Below, one piece after another: positions 1 to 13,200 of a stretch of 64,000 nucleotides of DNA. Each line of letters opens with the position of its first letter. The first letter of the stretch is position 1. Source of the stretch: Octopus vulgaris (Eukaryota). The DNA lies in the NCBI GenBank assembly GCA_951406725.2, contig OX597833.1, forward strand, positions 6,944,001 to 7,008,000, read 5' to 3'. The notes under the pieces were generated by a model. The model searched no databases. It saw only the letters and a program-made list of their open reading frames with translations, and had not been told where the DNA came from. A program made the position numbers and the translations under genes.

Positions 1-244
1 TTTTTTGTTGTTTTTTTTTAATTAAAACATTAGGAAAGCTTTGGGGTTGGATTAAAAATAACGCTTGATTTGAATAATCTGGGTAAGGTTTACATTTTGT
101 GAAATTTATAATATTGGATAAAAGCAGACGATCGACAAGAAATGAAGGAAAATCCATTAATGTAGTATTTAAACGATGGGAAATAGTATTTTAGTGGTGT
201 TATATAGGTTTGAGGCTGTTAAATTTTATACTAATCAGTATGAT

Positions 245-430
245 ATTAGGTTACGTTAATTTGGGAAGACTTTGGCCCCATGATCTAATTCCCAGGCCGA
301 GTGGCGTGTTGTATCCTTGAGCAAGATACTTTATTTCTGCGATGCTCCTATCTACTCTGGTGAAAAAGAATACCAGCCGATTGCTAGTGTAGTCGTTTCT
401 CCCTGCACCAGTCACCTATTCGATGTTCAA
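245..430 (+). mobile_element. Degenerate CORE-type tRNA-derived SINE
   Basis: Contains GTTGTATCCTTGAGCAAGATACTTTATTTC, resembling the CORE-SINE central motif. A similar element lies on the minus strand at about 39895-40070. Confidence 0.4.
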
Positions 431-605
431 CTGGGACCAAGGATGAGAGAGTCTAAAGGGTGTCTGTCTCTACTCGTAACAATATAAGCACCCATAACAA
501 CTAGTGAAAGTATACTACGTACCAGCAGGCCAAACTTGCTTGAGAGTGGCGGCTATGGTCAGAGTATATTCCGACTATTACCCACGTTTTATTATAATTC
601 TTATA

Positions 606-751
606 GTCACAACATTTTGGTTATTTTGCCCTCCATCCTTCTTCAATGATTATCATAATTTCACACTGATATATTCAAACTCGTGATTTCATCTTCATTG
701 ATATAGTCACAACATTCCGGCCGAAGTATTCTCAAGCCTTCTTCAGGTGAT
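606..751 (-). mobile_element. Penelope-like terminal-repeat remnant with two decayed hammerhead motifs, 100 nt apart
   Basis: Minus 751-706 reads TCAC-CTGAAGA-A-GGCT...GGCC-GGAATGTT-GTGAC. Minus 650-606 is a more decayed copy (TTGAAGA-A-GGAT...AACC-AAAATGTT-GTGAC). Confidence 0.5.
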
Positions 752-1436
752 TGTCGTAATCGGTAAGACTCTATTGTAGTATTTAGACAATCTTCTATTA
801 TCTTTAGATGATCTTATTTGGTTGTATACAGTTCAGACTCTGATATAGTATTTAGGTGACCTGGTGTAGGGTCCAGAATTATCAGATAGAGTAGAGAAGC
901 ATTTTAGAAGATGGAACAACTTTAAAAGATGGATAAGTATTATTGATGTTGCTGCTGTTGGTGGTGTTCTTTGCTGTGTGCGTGTACAGAAGCCAAGTTC
1001 CATTTAGCTGGAGAATAAATTAAAATAGTTTAGCTACCTATCCCGTAAACATTTATTCCGCATCTGCATAGTGTAACAGAGAACATCAACCAACCACATG
1101 TAGTCCCTCGTGATAAATATCACCACCACCACCACCACCAGCAACATCACTGACAACAACAACAACAACAACAACAACAACAGCTACGACTTCGAAAACA
1201 TGTTCTACAAACATTGATGTCTGTTCTGGAAAGATCTCTGTCAACGGAGAATAAAGTTTTCGTCAGTTTGAGTTAAATGTTGAGAAGTGATCACTTCCGG
1301 TTATATCGGAACATATGCACGTCCAACAGCTGAGCTCAGGTGGACATATATACGTGTATATATGAGTATGCATGTATATATGTGCATGTACATATATGAA
1401 TGCGTGCGTAGTGTCTGTGTATATCTATGTATACAA

Positions 1437-1503
<67 letters not shown>

Positions 1504-1895
1504 CAACAATTAGGCAAACACTATCTGAGAGAGATCTTCTTTAAGTATTAGAAATAGCTGAAGAAATTTCTTTAGCTGCTATTTCTAATGAGTTCAGTAT
1601 GTGGCAAAGTAATTTATTTTACTAAGCCCTTATATATAATTATATATATATATATATATTTACATATGTATATGCACCCACATACATAGATATACGGACG
1701 TACACGCAAAACATGTGTTTGTATGTGTATATAGACCATATGCATGCACACTGATAAACACCATGCACATATTATACACACAGACAAAGGTACCTTTAGA
1801 CAGGAACACTGACACAACTGAGGCACCTACATATACACACAAATACTCAAACATATGCAAACGTATATATATATATATACATGTGTGTGTGTATG

Positions 1896-1944
<49 letters not shown>

Positions 1945-1951
1945 TATACAT

Positions 1952-2824
1952 GTTCCAGGCCCTGCGCTACTGGCACACAAAGGTAAATGACGTGAAGACT
2001 GGATACACTGGCCCAGGAAGAATTGCAATCCCTGAGTCAAAATCAGTGCGTGACCTGGGCATTGACATGAGCAATGATGCATCTTTCCAAATGCATATTG
2101 CTAATCTGGTGATAAAATGCAGACGGCTAGCTGGATGGATTCTCCGAACTTTCAGAACAAGAGAGAAGGAGACACTGATGGTCCTATGGAAAACATTTGT
2201 CCTCAGCCGCTTGGACTACTGCTCCCAACTTTGGTCACCACACAATATAAAACAAACAGCAGAACTCGAAGCAACTCAGAGAAGCTACACAAAGAAAATC
2301 GTCTCAATGCAAAATGTCAGCTACAGGGAAAGACTGAAGGTATTAAACCTCTTCTCCCTGGAGCAGAGGCGGGAGAGATATGCAGTGATATACATCTAGA
2401 AAATCCTGGAGGGTCTTGTCCCAAACTTTGGCATTCAAAGTTACTCCAACCGCAGAACGGGCGCCGCTGCGTGGTGCCAAGGATTCCAACATCACCATCA
2501 AAATACAGGTCCAGATACTGCAACAGCTTGGGTTTCAGAGGACCACAGCTCTTTAACATCCTCCCTAAATGCCTGAGAGACTTACATGGTGTGGATGTGG
2601 GTTTCTTTAAAACTAAACTGGATCTCTTCTTGTTGGGAGTCCCAGATGAACCTACCTCACGACAGGAGACACGGATGCGGGCAGCAGCATCGAACTCCCT
2701 TGTTGATCAAGTGCCACTTATCAGAGATGGATTCACAAACTAGTGTAGCTCATTCAGCGGTGGTGCCCCAGCATGGCCGCGGCCTTCGGGCTAAAACATT
2801 TTTAAGGATTTAAGGATTTAAGGA
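1952..2824 (+). mobile_element. 5'-truncated CR1-like LINE (ORF2 C-terminus and 3' tail), pseudogenised
   Basis: Translation ..VRDLGIDMS..WILRTF..SRLDYCSQLWSP..LEATQRSYTK..SYRERLKVLNLFSLEQRRER..RGPQLFNILP..FKTKLD matches the CR1/L2-group ORF2 C-terminus. It has an in-frame TAG at 2397-2399 and a frameshift near 2455, ends in (AGGATTTA)n and is flanked by (TA)n. Confidence 0.9.
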
Positions 2825-2829
2825 CATAT

Positions 2830-2937
<108 letters not shown>

Positions 2938-2950
2938 GTATATTTATATA

Positions 2951-2984
<34 letters not shown>

Positions 2985-2986
<2 letters not shown>

Positions 2987-3177
2987 CTCGTTTACTCGTT
3001 TCAGTCATTTGACTGCAGCCATGCTGGAGCACCGCCTTTAGTCGGGCAAATCGACCCCATGACTTATTCTTGCATAGCCTAGAACTTCTTCAATTGATTT
3101 CTTTTGCCGAACCGCTAAGTTACGGTGACATAAACGCACCATCATCGGTTGTCAAGCGATGTTAGGGTGACAAACAT

Positions 3178-3213
<36 letters not shown>

Positions 3214-3254
3214 CACACACACACAACTCACACACATACAACTGACACATACAC

Positions 3255-3326
<72 letters not shown>

Positions 3327-3416
3327 CGACAGGATTCTCTCAGTTTCCGTCTGCCAAATCCACTCACAAGCCTTTGGTCGGCCCGAGGCTATAGTTGAAG
3401 ACACTTGCCCAAGGTG
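2985..3416 (-). mobile_element. SINE family A copy (head truncated, internal microsatellite expanded)
   Basis: Reverse complement of the element at 12775-13200. The internal CA/TA tract is expanded at about 3178-3325. Confidence 0.85.
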
Positions 3417-4271
3417 AACTTTTCAGCCCACACTTGTGTGTATGTGTGTGTATATGTGTGTGTGCGTGTGTGTGTGTATGTGTATACGCACGTATGTATG
3501 TGTGTGCATGTATGTACGTACGTATGTATGTATGTACGTATATGTGTGTGTGTATGTATGTATGTATGTATGTATGTATGTATGTACGTGTGTATGTACG
3601 TATATGTTTATGTATGTATGTATGTATGTATGTATGTATGTACGTATATGTGTATGTATGTATGTCCGTATGTACGTATGTATGTATGTATGTCCGTATG
3701 TACGTATGTATGTATGTATGTATGTATGTATTATGTGTATATGTATGCAGGTGTGCATGTGTGTATGTGTGCATGTGTGTATGTGTGCATGTGTGTATGT
3801 GTGCATGTGTGTATGTATGTATGTAGATAGAATAAGTGCTTATGCACTAAAATTTTATCAACAACAGAATTCTTGACTTCAATTCTGTAACATGTTACAT
3901 TCTTAAATATTATGAATGTGTGTGTGTTTGTGTTTGGGTATATGCGTGTGTGTGTGTGTGTGTGCATATATAAATATTTACATACGTATATATAGATAGA
4001 TACATATATGTATGTATGTAAATATAAGTCAGTGTACGTGCGCGCGAGCGCATGTGTGTGAGAGAGAGAGAGAGAGAGAGTGTAGAGTTGAGTTCTGCTG
4101 GTACCAGCTGCCGATTATGATGGTTTGGCAACTTCCTGTTGGTTCTCATTAAATACATTGGACTACATGGACCACATCAATATTCATAGATAACCACTCA
4201 CCGACCAACCAACATACCAACCAACCCACCTACCTACATACATATATACATACATTTATATAAATCGCTAA

Positions 4272-4337
<66 letters not shown>

Positions 4338-4339
<2 letters not shown>

Positions 4340-4634
4340 AGGCGCAATGGCCTAGTGGTTAGGGCAGCGGACTCGCGGTCGTAGGATCGCGGTTTCGATT
4401 CCCAGACCGGGCGTTGTGAGTGTTTATTGAGCGAAAACACCTAAAGCTCCCCGAGGCTCCGGCAGGGGGTGGTGATCCCTGCTGTACTCTTTCATCACAA
4501 CTTTCTCTCGCTCTTTCTTCTGTTGGCCTGCTCGCTTAGCCAGCGGGGTGGCGTCATTCGAAGGCTAAAACAATGCGAACGCATTGTGACCAGCGATGTG
4601 TAACAACATCTGATGGTCTGGTCGGTCACGTGAT

Positions 4635-4641
<7 letters not shown>
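4338..4641 (+). mobile_element. SINE family B (tRNA-derived head, tail type 1)
   Basis: A-box TGGCCTAGTGG and B-box-like GTTTCGATTCC; ends in (CACGTGAT)x2; sits between (TG)n and (TA)n. The head is shared with 45240-45595. Confidence 0.85.
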
Positions 4642-4678
<37 letters not shown>

Positions 4679-4778
4679 GTATATATGTATGTATATGTAT
4701 ATATATATATATATATATATGGTGGATTCTCTCATCGAAGACGATGAATGAGGGTTCAGTAAATAACCTTCAACAATT

Positions 4779-4811
<33 letters not shown>

Positions 4812-4817
<6 letters not shown>

Positions 4818-4861
4818 CTAGTCTCAGCTCACGAGCTGTAGCCATGCTGGGGCACCGCCAT
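4812..4861 (-). mobile_element. Solo 3' tail of a CR1-like LINE (tail type C)
   Basis: Minus strand GGCGGTGCCCCAGCATGGCTACAGCTCGTGAGCTGAGACTAGATAAA matches the LINE end at 25860-25905. Confidence 0.75.
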
Positions 4862-4982
4862 CCGGAGAAGAATAGATGAGAAAGCTGGCGATGCGGTTAC
4901 ATAGGATTGAAACACCTTACACTAAGACATCTAGTATCTTAGCATAGCAAAGTTACCACACGACCAAACTCCCACACCCATA

Positions 4983-5023
<41 letters not shown>

Positions 5024-5144
5024 AAATGTGAGTGTGTGTGCGTCTGTGGGGGTGCACAATTACAATGAACAATAGATTACAACACAAGAGCTACAATGTT
5101 AAACAGATGCAGAATTAGCTTTTTATTGAAATAGAAAGAGAAAA

Positions 5145-5180
5145 TTCTAACGTTTCGAAAGTTAGTTCTTCGTCAGAAGA
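5145..5180 (-). ncRNA. Minimal type-I hammerhead motif (PLE-derived, imperfect stems)
   Basis: Minus strand TCTT-CTGACGA-A-GAACTAACTTTC-GAAA-CGTT-AGAA has both conserved core boxes and a palindromic ACGT stem III. Confidence 0.6.
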
Positions 5181-5676
5181 AAGACAGAAACATAAACGAA
5201 ACCGGAAAGAGAAATACTCAGGGTGAGACAGAGAAAAATCTTCGTAATTTAAGACGGGGGTATGCTGCCAACAAATGAGGTGGTTGGTCAAATGTCGCAA
5301 TTGTAACATAATGTGTCACTCTGGTTGTAGTTGAGGATTTTGTTAAGAGTACCAGGGTCCTAGGAATACTCAGCCATATACTCTAAAAGGCAACGTTTTG
5401 TCACTTGACTTAGAGAAACAATGAGAATTCGAATCGAGGATACCGACGAAGGACCCTTTTAGTGCTATACATATTTGTGTATTTATGTGTATGTGTATAA
5501 CGGGTGTTTCTGTGTGTGTATGCAGATAAGTGTGCGTATTGTTTGTACAATATATATAAATATATATACACACACATACAGTCATGTACGTATATATGTA
5601 CGTATACATACATTCATGTACGTATATGAATGTATATGAATGTTTGCAAATGTGTATGTGATTGTGTGTGTGTGTG

Positions 5677-5748
<72 letters not shown>

Positions 5749-6299
5749 TATAGGCGTGAAAAGGTGCAAAAACGTTTTATTTGTTAGTAAAAGGATTTTT
5801 GATAATATAGAGGTCGTAGTCATAATGGTGGTGGTGGTGGTGATGATAGGGGGTGGTAGTGATGGTGGTGGTGATAGGGGTAGTGGTTGAAGTGGTGGTG
5901 ATGGTGGTGGTGGTGGTGGTATGGTGGTGGCGGCGGCGGTGGTGGTCGTCGTCGTGTTGGTGGTGGTGATAGTGGTAGTGGTTGAAGTGGTGGTGCGTGG
6001 TGGTGGTTGTAGTGGTAATAGAAGAGGTGGTCGTAGTGGTGGTGATGGTTGTGGTGGTGGTGGTGGTAGTGGTGGATGTGGAGGTGGGTGCGTTGATAAA
6101 ATAGGTGATGTTGTGGTATTCATCGCTGTCCTCAGAAGATCAACAGATTGGAAGAGTTTTGTGTTTTGGGTGCAGGGAAACTTAGCGGAATGATTGAGTG
6201 AAGGAGTGGGAGGGAGAGAGAGAGAGAAAGAGAGAGAGCAGAGGTGGTGGGAGCAGTGGGAGGGAGACAGAAAAGAACCAAGAGAGTAGGAGGGGAAAT

Positions 6300-6339
<40 letters not shown>

Positions 6340-6433
6340 CAGGGACTGTCGCCCTAACACGTGCCGTATGTCTAATTTATCTTCACTGTCTGAACGGTGG
6401 AGAGTACCACCCCTTTCTTACCCGGCATTCATT

Positions 6434-6465
<32 letters not shown>

Positions 6466-6801
6466 TCAAAGACTCTCAAAGACATGCACTCACATATATA
6501 CACACACACACCCACTATCAAGGACGTATATACGTATATGCCTCATTTTCATGCGTATATCTGTATATACATGCCTTCTGTAATCTGTACAGAAGCAAAC
6601 AAACACAACTTTATATACATTCCTACACACGACACACACACACACACACACACACGCCTCTATGTGCGGGATTCTCTCTGTTTCTGTCCGTCTGTCTGTA
6701 TATATATAGAGAGAGGGGGGGCACAAAGTCACGCACACACACACACATATATACATATATAACTATGTGCAGACAGATATATAAACATGTATGCACGTAT
6801 A

Positions 6802-6843
<42 letters not shown>

Positions 6844-6883
6844 TTGTGTGTATCTATATGTGTGCATGTATGCACAAGGTGCG

Positions 6884-6938
<55 letters not shown>

Positions 6939-7040
6939 TGTATATATATATATGTATATATATATATGTATGTATGCACGCATTTATATACTTATATGCA
7001 CATATGCGTGCGTGTATGTGTGTGCATATGTATATATATG

Positions 7041-7097
<57 letters not shown>

Positions 7098-7295
7098 AAC
7101 AAAAAGCACACACCAGCGTTATTTTAGACGAGTATTTTCGCTATTGTGTAATATTCGGAGCGAACACTCATATAAACCCACATTTATTTACATATATACA
7201 CACATATATATATACACAAACATGTGTGTGCACGCGTGCGTGAGTGAGGACGTGTGTATGCATGCTGTATGTATACACGTTTATACAGTCTGTAA

Positions 7296-7356
<61 letters not shown>

Positions 7357-7826
7357 GTGTGTGTATATATGTATATATATATTACACAGACTCGTGTCGT
7401 TTTTTGATATGTTATCAGCTAGTGACGTGGTTTCGCTGTTCTCTTGTATATATACACGCGCACACACATATATACGCACATGTATACACATATACATACT
7501 TACATACATACAAGCAACCATATACACACACACACGCTTGTAAATAGACAAATTGCAAGTGACATTCATATACGCATTTTACACTTCCAGCCTGACATGC
7601 GTATATACACATGCTTCCATGATATCATTAACACAATATATATACAACTATTTCATATACCCATGCATTTGCCTACACAAGCACGCATAGAAATATATAT
7701 ACATGTATATTATATGCATATGTATATATACTTATATATATTATATATTTACACATGTATCTATATATAAATATAACTATCTATGTATGTATATATGTAT
7801 ATGTTTATATGTTTGTGTGTGCGTGC

Positions 7827-7863
<37 letters not shown>

Positions 7864-7969
7864 ACCGAAATAGGGCGTGGCATGATTCAGACGCCTGGCT
7901 CTCTTTCTCCATATGTGCTTATTATCTATATATGTATGTCGGTACACGCGTGCCAGTGTGGTAGATATG

Positions 7970-8011
<42 letters not shown>

Positions 8012-8125
8012 CGCACGCATGTTTGTGCACGCGAGTATATGTGCGCGCGAGTATATACATATGTACGTACGTACGTACGTATGTATGTTTGTATAAGTGT
8101 GTGTATGTATGCATTTCATTCTATG

Positions 8126-8172
<47 letters not shown>

Positions 8173-8199
8173 GTATGTGTGTGTGTGTGTGTGTATGTA

Positions 8200-8717
8200 T
8201 GTTAGGATGGGCTCTCAGAAATTCTGCGTTGGTGTCCGGCGTGCTGAAAGCCCAAAGTTTGTGAAGCAGCCCTTAGCTTTTGTGGAAGTATGTCTCTGGG
8301 GGAAGGTCACTCTGATACAAAACGAAATATGCCGGGAATAGCCGTGGACTTTTCGGGGAGCTTGCGCTTCAGATCTTGCCACTCCCACATTCCTAAGCCT
8401 GTGACCCATATAATCACTGGATGTCTTGACCTGGCTTGTCTCTGGATCATGTCAGTCGGATGAGGAGCGTCTGTGAGGTATTGTGTAAACCCTATTGAAC
8501 CTAAAATTTTAGGTTGGGCAATGGTCGGCGAAGCGACTATTCGGTGCCTGGTCGAGTAGGAAGTCGCCACGGCAAACATGGAAGCTACGAACACGATCCC
8601 GGGCGAAGCGAACTGTTGGCGCAGTAATCTCATGTTCGGGCAGTACTGGTATTTTGCATGGGCAGCGGTCAGTGATGGTTTTCCTCGGTCACTAGTGGAC
8701 AACCATCCTTTTCAGCA
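8200..8717. mobile_element. About 515-bp GC-richer insertion with TG..CA ends (solo LTR or MITE candidate)
   Basis: Begins TGTTAGGATGG and ends CCATCCTTTTCA(GCA), an imperfect terminal inverted repeat. Both flanks are TGTATGTA microsatellite. Confidence 0.5.
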
Positions 8718-9777
8718 TGTATGTATTATGTCTGCATTCACATACATAGTTATGCTTACGAACGAAGCAAAGTAGCACTGAATGCATTCAATTGAATTTA
8801 TGATTAGATTATAATTACTGCATTGCTTAAAGTATCAGACACAAGCACACATAGACACATATACAGTCACTTACACATAGACATATATACACGACTATAC
8901 ACATACGGACAAGCGGGTGTGCATACATAAACAGCAAATGTGGCATTTCAGATGCGTTTCATGAATGGACATTTAACCACTTGCAAAGCAGTTGTGAAGT
9001 CTGATCATATTTTGTAGCACTTGGCCAACTGATCGAAATCCTGTACTGCCATGAAGGGGCCACAATACAGTATTGTAAGGGAGGCCAACAGGATTAAGCA
9101 ATGGGTCATAAGAGAGAACCTTTCTTTTTTTCTCTCACTTTTTTTTTTTTTTTTTGATTCAAGATAGACAACCATCTGAAAATTTCTCCACAGAGAACAT
9201 CCGCTTGTGGTGAACGTTAGACATTTTCACGCCGATTGTTTTTTATTATTCAGAAATATCGCGAACTGTTGCACTACCGGCAACTTTTCCGATGGGCAAA
9301 GGCTGCAATTTTGCCTCTAAGCTGCGGTTTCCCTTGCGCCTCCATGTTCATATTTTAGTAGAGTGATGACATCCTTATTGCCTAAGCTCTAAATAAATGG
9401 AAACAGCGAAAGTCAAGTATTCCTTTTTCTTGGACATTAAAGGAAAATGGGTGTTGATTGTAATGTGCGTTAAAGTTCTCAGTAGTGAGCCTCGTGTAGC
9501 AGGGCTGTTTTGCGGTTACACAACAGCATCGCCACACAACTCCACCTCACACCAACACCACCTTAGTGCCACCACCACAGCAAGTACAGCTCATCACGAC
9601 AGTCACTCAACACCACCACACATCATCATGCCCACTACACAAACATCATACCCACTACACAAACACGGATGACACACTACCACCACCAGATACGGACAGC
9701 ATCACCTACACAGCCAAAACCACTCCTATTACTACTACTACTACTACTACTATCACCACCACCACCATCACCACCAT

Positions 9778-9816
<39 letters not shown>

Positions 9817-9944
9817 ACCACACCGCATCAATCCATAATTAACATCACCATCATGTAGATATATTGACATATTAGTCTATTTAACTATTTATCTATCTCC
9901 GTGTGTGTGTGTGTGTGTGTGTGCAGTTGAGCATTTTCACCAAC

Positions 9945-10128
9945 CCCACCAACACTTAACGGCCGGTGCTGGTTTGTTTACGTCCTCGCAACATTAGCGG
10001 TTTGACAAAATGAGCCGATAGAATAGGTAGGTACTAAGCTTAAAAATAAGTCCTGCTGTCAATTTGGTTAAAACCTTTCAAGTTGGTGCCCCAGCATGGC
10101 CGTAGTCCAATAACTGAAACAAGCAGAA
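9945..10128 (+). mobile_element. Degenerate 3' half of SINE family A
   Basis: GGTGCTGGTTTGTTTACGTCC..TTAGCGGTT..GGTGCCCCAGCATGGCC..CTGAAACAAG. Confidence 0.7.
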
Positions 10129-10403
10129 GGTATATGCATTCGTGTATATATTATATTTTTATTTCTACGCGTATGTATGTATATTTGTGTATATAAAGTA
10201 TATAAGTCAATCTACCTACGTATCTTATTGCCTGTGTATGTACATTTAAACGTGTTGGTTTTGGAAGCGTCTGTATGTCTGTCTGTCTGTCTGCGTATGC
10301 CTATCTGTGTATGTGTATACATGCATTATTATATAAGGGGTGCATATATCCATCATCTTTGTAAAATTATGTCTGCGTTCATCTGCAGTAATATATATAC
10401 ATA

Positions 10404-10453
<50 letters not shown>

Positions 10454-10522
10454 CATATATATATATACATACATATATATATATAGACACATACATATAT
10501 ATATATACATATATATCTATAT

Positions 10523-10562
<40 letters not shown>

Positions 10563-10707
10563 TATATAAATATTTATATACTTGCGTCTACCCCGCCTTT
10601 CTCTCTCTCATCTCTATCTCTATATCTATCTGTCTGTTTATCTATTAGTTTATCGATATATATATATATATATATGCATATATGCACACGCACACACACG
10701 CACAGAA

Positions 10708-10740
<33 letters not shown>

Positions 10741-11317
10741 ACTACTACTACTACTATTACTACTACTACTACATAGCTATCAGTAGGCGTTTGTGACTAC
10801 GCAGCGTTGTTTTTGAAGTGAAGAATTTGACGTAATCGAGTAGAAAGTATGTAGAATGGTATGAGGTGTCTTAGAACTATGCTTGCCTGCAGATGGAGCC
10901 CTTTATTGCGTTGTCTGCAAGGTTTTCTTTTCTTTAAACCCTTTTTTTCTATTTTATCCTCCTTTCGGATGAAATTCTTCGAAAGGAACTGGCACTTTCT
11001 TAGAATGGGGTTATATTCTTCACTGCAGACGCCTCGCTATAGTTCTTACTTGCTAAATGTTATCAACGAATTTTTTTCCTTCCTCTGTATAAGATACACT
11101 TTTTCTTTAGAATATATTCTCCCCTCTACCGTTTCTCTAAAGATGCCAGCAGGATGTTAATGTCAGTTGATGGAAGTGTGCGTGGGTTTCGGTAAGAGTT
11201 TGCCATTCAGGCGTTTGCAGCCCAGTGTGAGATGAAACCTCGCCAGGCCGTTTCTCTACCTCTTCTTCATCTATGTTCTTTGCTAGCCTTCACGGACTAC
11301 GCTGGACTATATCCAGG

Positions 11318-11423
<106 letters not shown>

Positions 11424-11465
11424 GTATGTATGCATGTATGTATGTATGAATGTGTGTGTGTATAT

Positions 11466-11498
<33 letters not shown>

Positions 11499-11540
11499 TG
11501 TGTGTGTATGTATGTGTATATATATATATACACGCACACG

Positions 11541-11602
<62 letters not shown>

Positions 11603-11643
11603 AAGATAGACAGACAGATAGACAGACAAATAGATAGATAGAA

Positions 11644-11701
<58 letters not shown>

Positions 11702-12051
11702 GGATGGATGGATGGATGGATGGATGGATGGATGGGTCCAATATAGGCAGAATCAACAAAACAAATACTCGCTCAAGTATGTCTTATGCGCCTATGTATA
11801 TATATGTATGTATATGACTATGTGCTTATAAATAGGTTTGGTTGAACAAAGAAGCAGGATTAAGTATCTTTAATACACACACACACACACACACACAGTA
11901 GAGTCCCATATATTGAGTATTGAACCTCTTCGAATACTTCAGGTGGACATTGCATTTAATCAACAAATGCTCCCAAAACTCACTCTGTTGGTGTTTTACA
12001 ATCTAAAACTGTCAGCCAAGGAATATAATTCCTGTAATATCATCTAATATA

Positions 12052-12276
12052 TATTTCTTTACTACCTACAAGGGGCTAAACACAGAGGGGACAAACAAGG
12101 ACAGACAAATGGATAAAGTAGATTACATCGACCCCAGTGCGTAACTGGTACTTCATTTAACGACCCCGAAAGGATGAAAGGCAAAGTCGACCTTGGTGGA
12201 ATTTGAACTCAGAACGTAACGGCAGACGAAATACGGCTAAGCATTTCGCCCAGCGCGCTAACGTTTCTGCCAGCTA
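12052..12276 (-). mobile_element. SINE family C (MetaSINE-like)
   Basis: Minus strand has a tRNA-like head (AGCTGGCAGAAACGTTAG..GAGTTCAAATTCC) and the central GCCTTTCATCCTTTCGGGGTCG..AAGTACCAG motif resembling the Meta domain. Confidence 0.8.
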
Positions 12277-12774
12277 ATATAGAGCTTTAGAAAATAAAGA
12301 AAAATAAGTTAGGAGTAGACCTTGTCTTTCAAACCAGCTGATGGATGCAAATGGGCGTATTTCGCTCTTGTTAGACCTCGTCACCAAAAGCTACTCTCAA
12401 CATGACGTTGACATGGTCAAATACATAATACATACATAAATACATACGTGCATACATGCATGCACACACATACATTCATAGTTTTGGTGATGCAAACAGG
12501 AATATGTGTATGTTTATGTGTGTGCGTTCGAGTGTGTGTGTGTATTTGTGTGATGAGCCAGTGGCTCCTATGAATATATCATGACGACACCGACCAACTT
12601 TCTAACGTACCCCCACGAACGTGAAAATATGTCACAAAAACCACAACCAACAGTTGGAGAGTCGCTGTTACTGCTAACCCAAACGCCGAGCAGTTTGAAA
12701 TAACGAAATCTGTATAAATACACATATATTGTACTGCTTCTTTCCGAAAATGGGCCTTTGTGCTCGAAATATAA

Positions 12775-13200
12775 AGGCGCAAGAGTGGATGTGTGGTAAG
12801 TAGCTTGCTAACCAACCACATGGTTCCGAGTTCAGTCCCACTGCGTGGCATCTTGGGCAAATGTCTTCTTCTATAGCCCCGGGCCGACCAATGCCTTGTG
12901 AGTGGATTTGGTAGACGGAAACTGAAAGAAGCCTGTCGTATATATGTATATATATATATGTATATGTGTGTGTGTGTTTGTGTTTGTGTGTTTGTGTTTG
13001 TCTCCCTAGCATTGCTTGACAACCGATGCTGGTGTGTTTACGTCCCCGTCACTTAGCGGTTCGGCAAAAGAGACCGATAGAATAAGCACAGGGCTTACAA
13101 AGAATAAGTCCCGGGGTCGAGTTGCTCGACTAAAGGCGGTGCTCCAGCATGGCCGCAGTCAAAATGACTGAAACAAGTAAAAGAGAGAGTAAGAGTGTTT
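12775..13200 (+). mobile_element. SINE family A, full length
   Basis: tRNA-like head GGCGCA.GAGTGG.TGTGTGGTAAG..GTTCAGTCCC, CORE-like CTTGGGCAA.TGTCTT, internal TA/TG microsatellite, tail GGCGGTGCTCCAGCATGGCCGCAGTC..GACTGAAACAAGTAAAAGAG. Confidence 0.9.

Noticed and set aside
4338-4412. tRNA gene calls at SINE heads (also 12775, 37105, 62759)
   Set aside because: The cloverleaves are imperfect and continue into repeat bodies, so they are TE-derived.
10860-11310. Possible decayed LINE fragments (also 15160-15460, 18830-19105, 21690-21960, 58020-58420)
   Set aside because: They look coding-derived, but I could not read diagnostic motifs with enough certainty to assign them. RepeatMasker or tBLASTx would decide.
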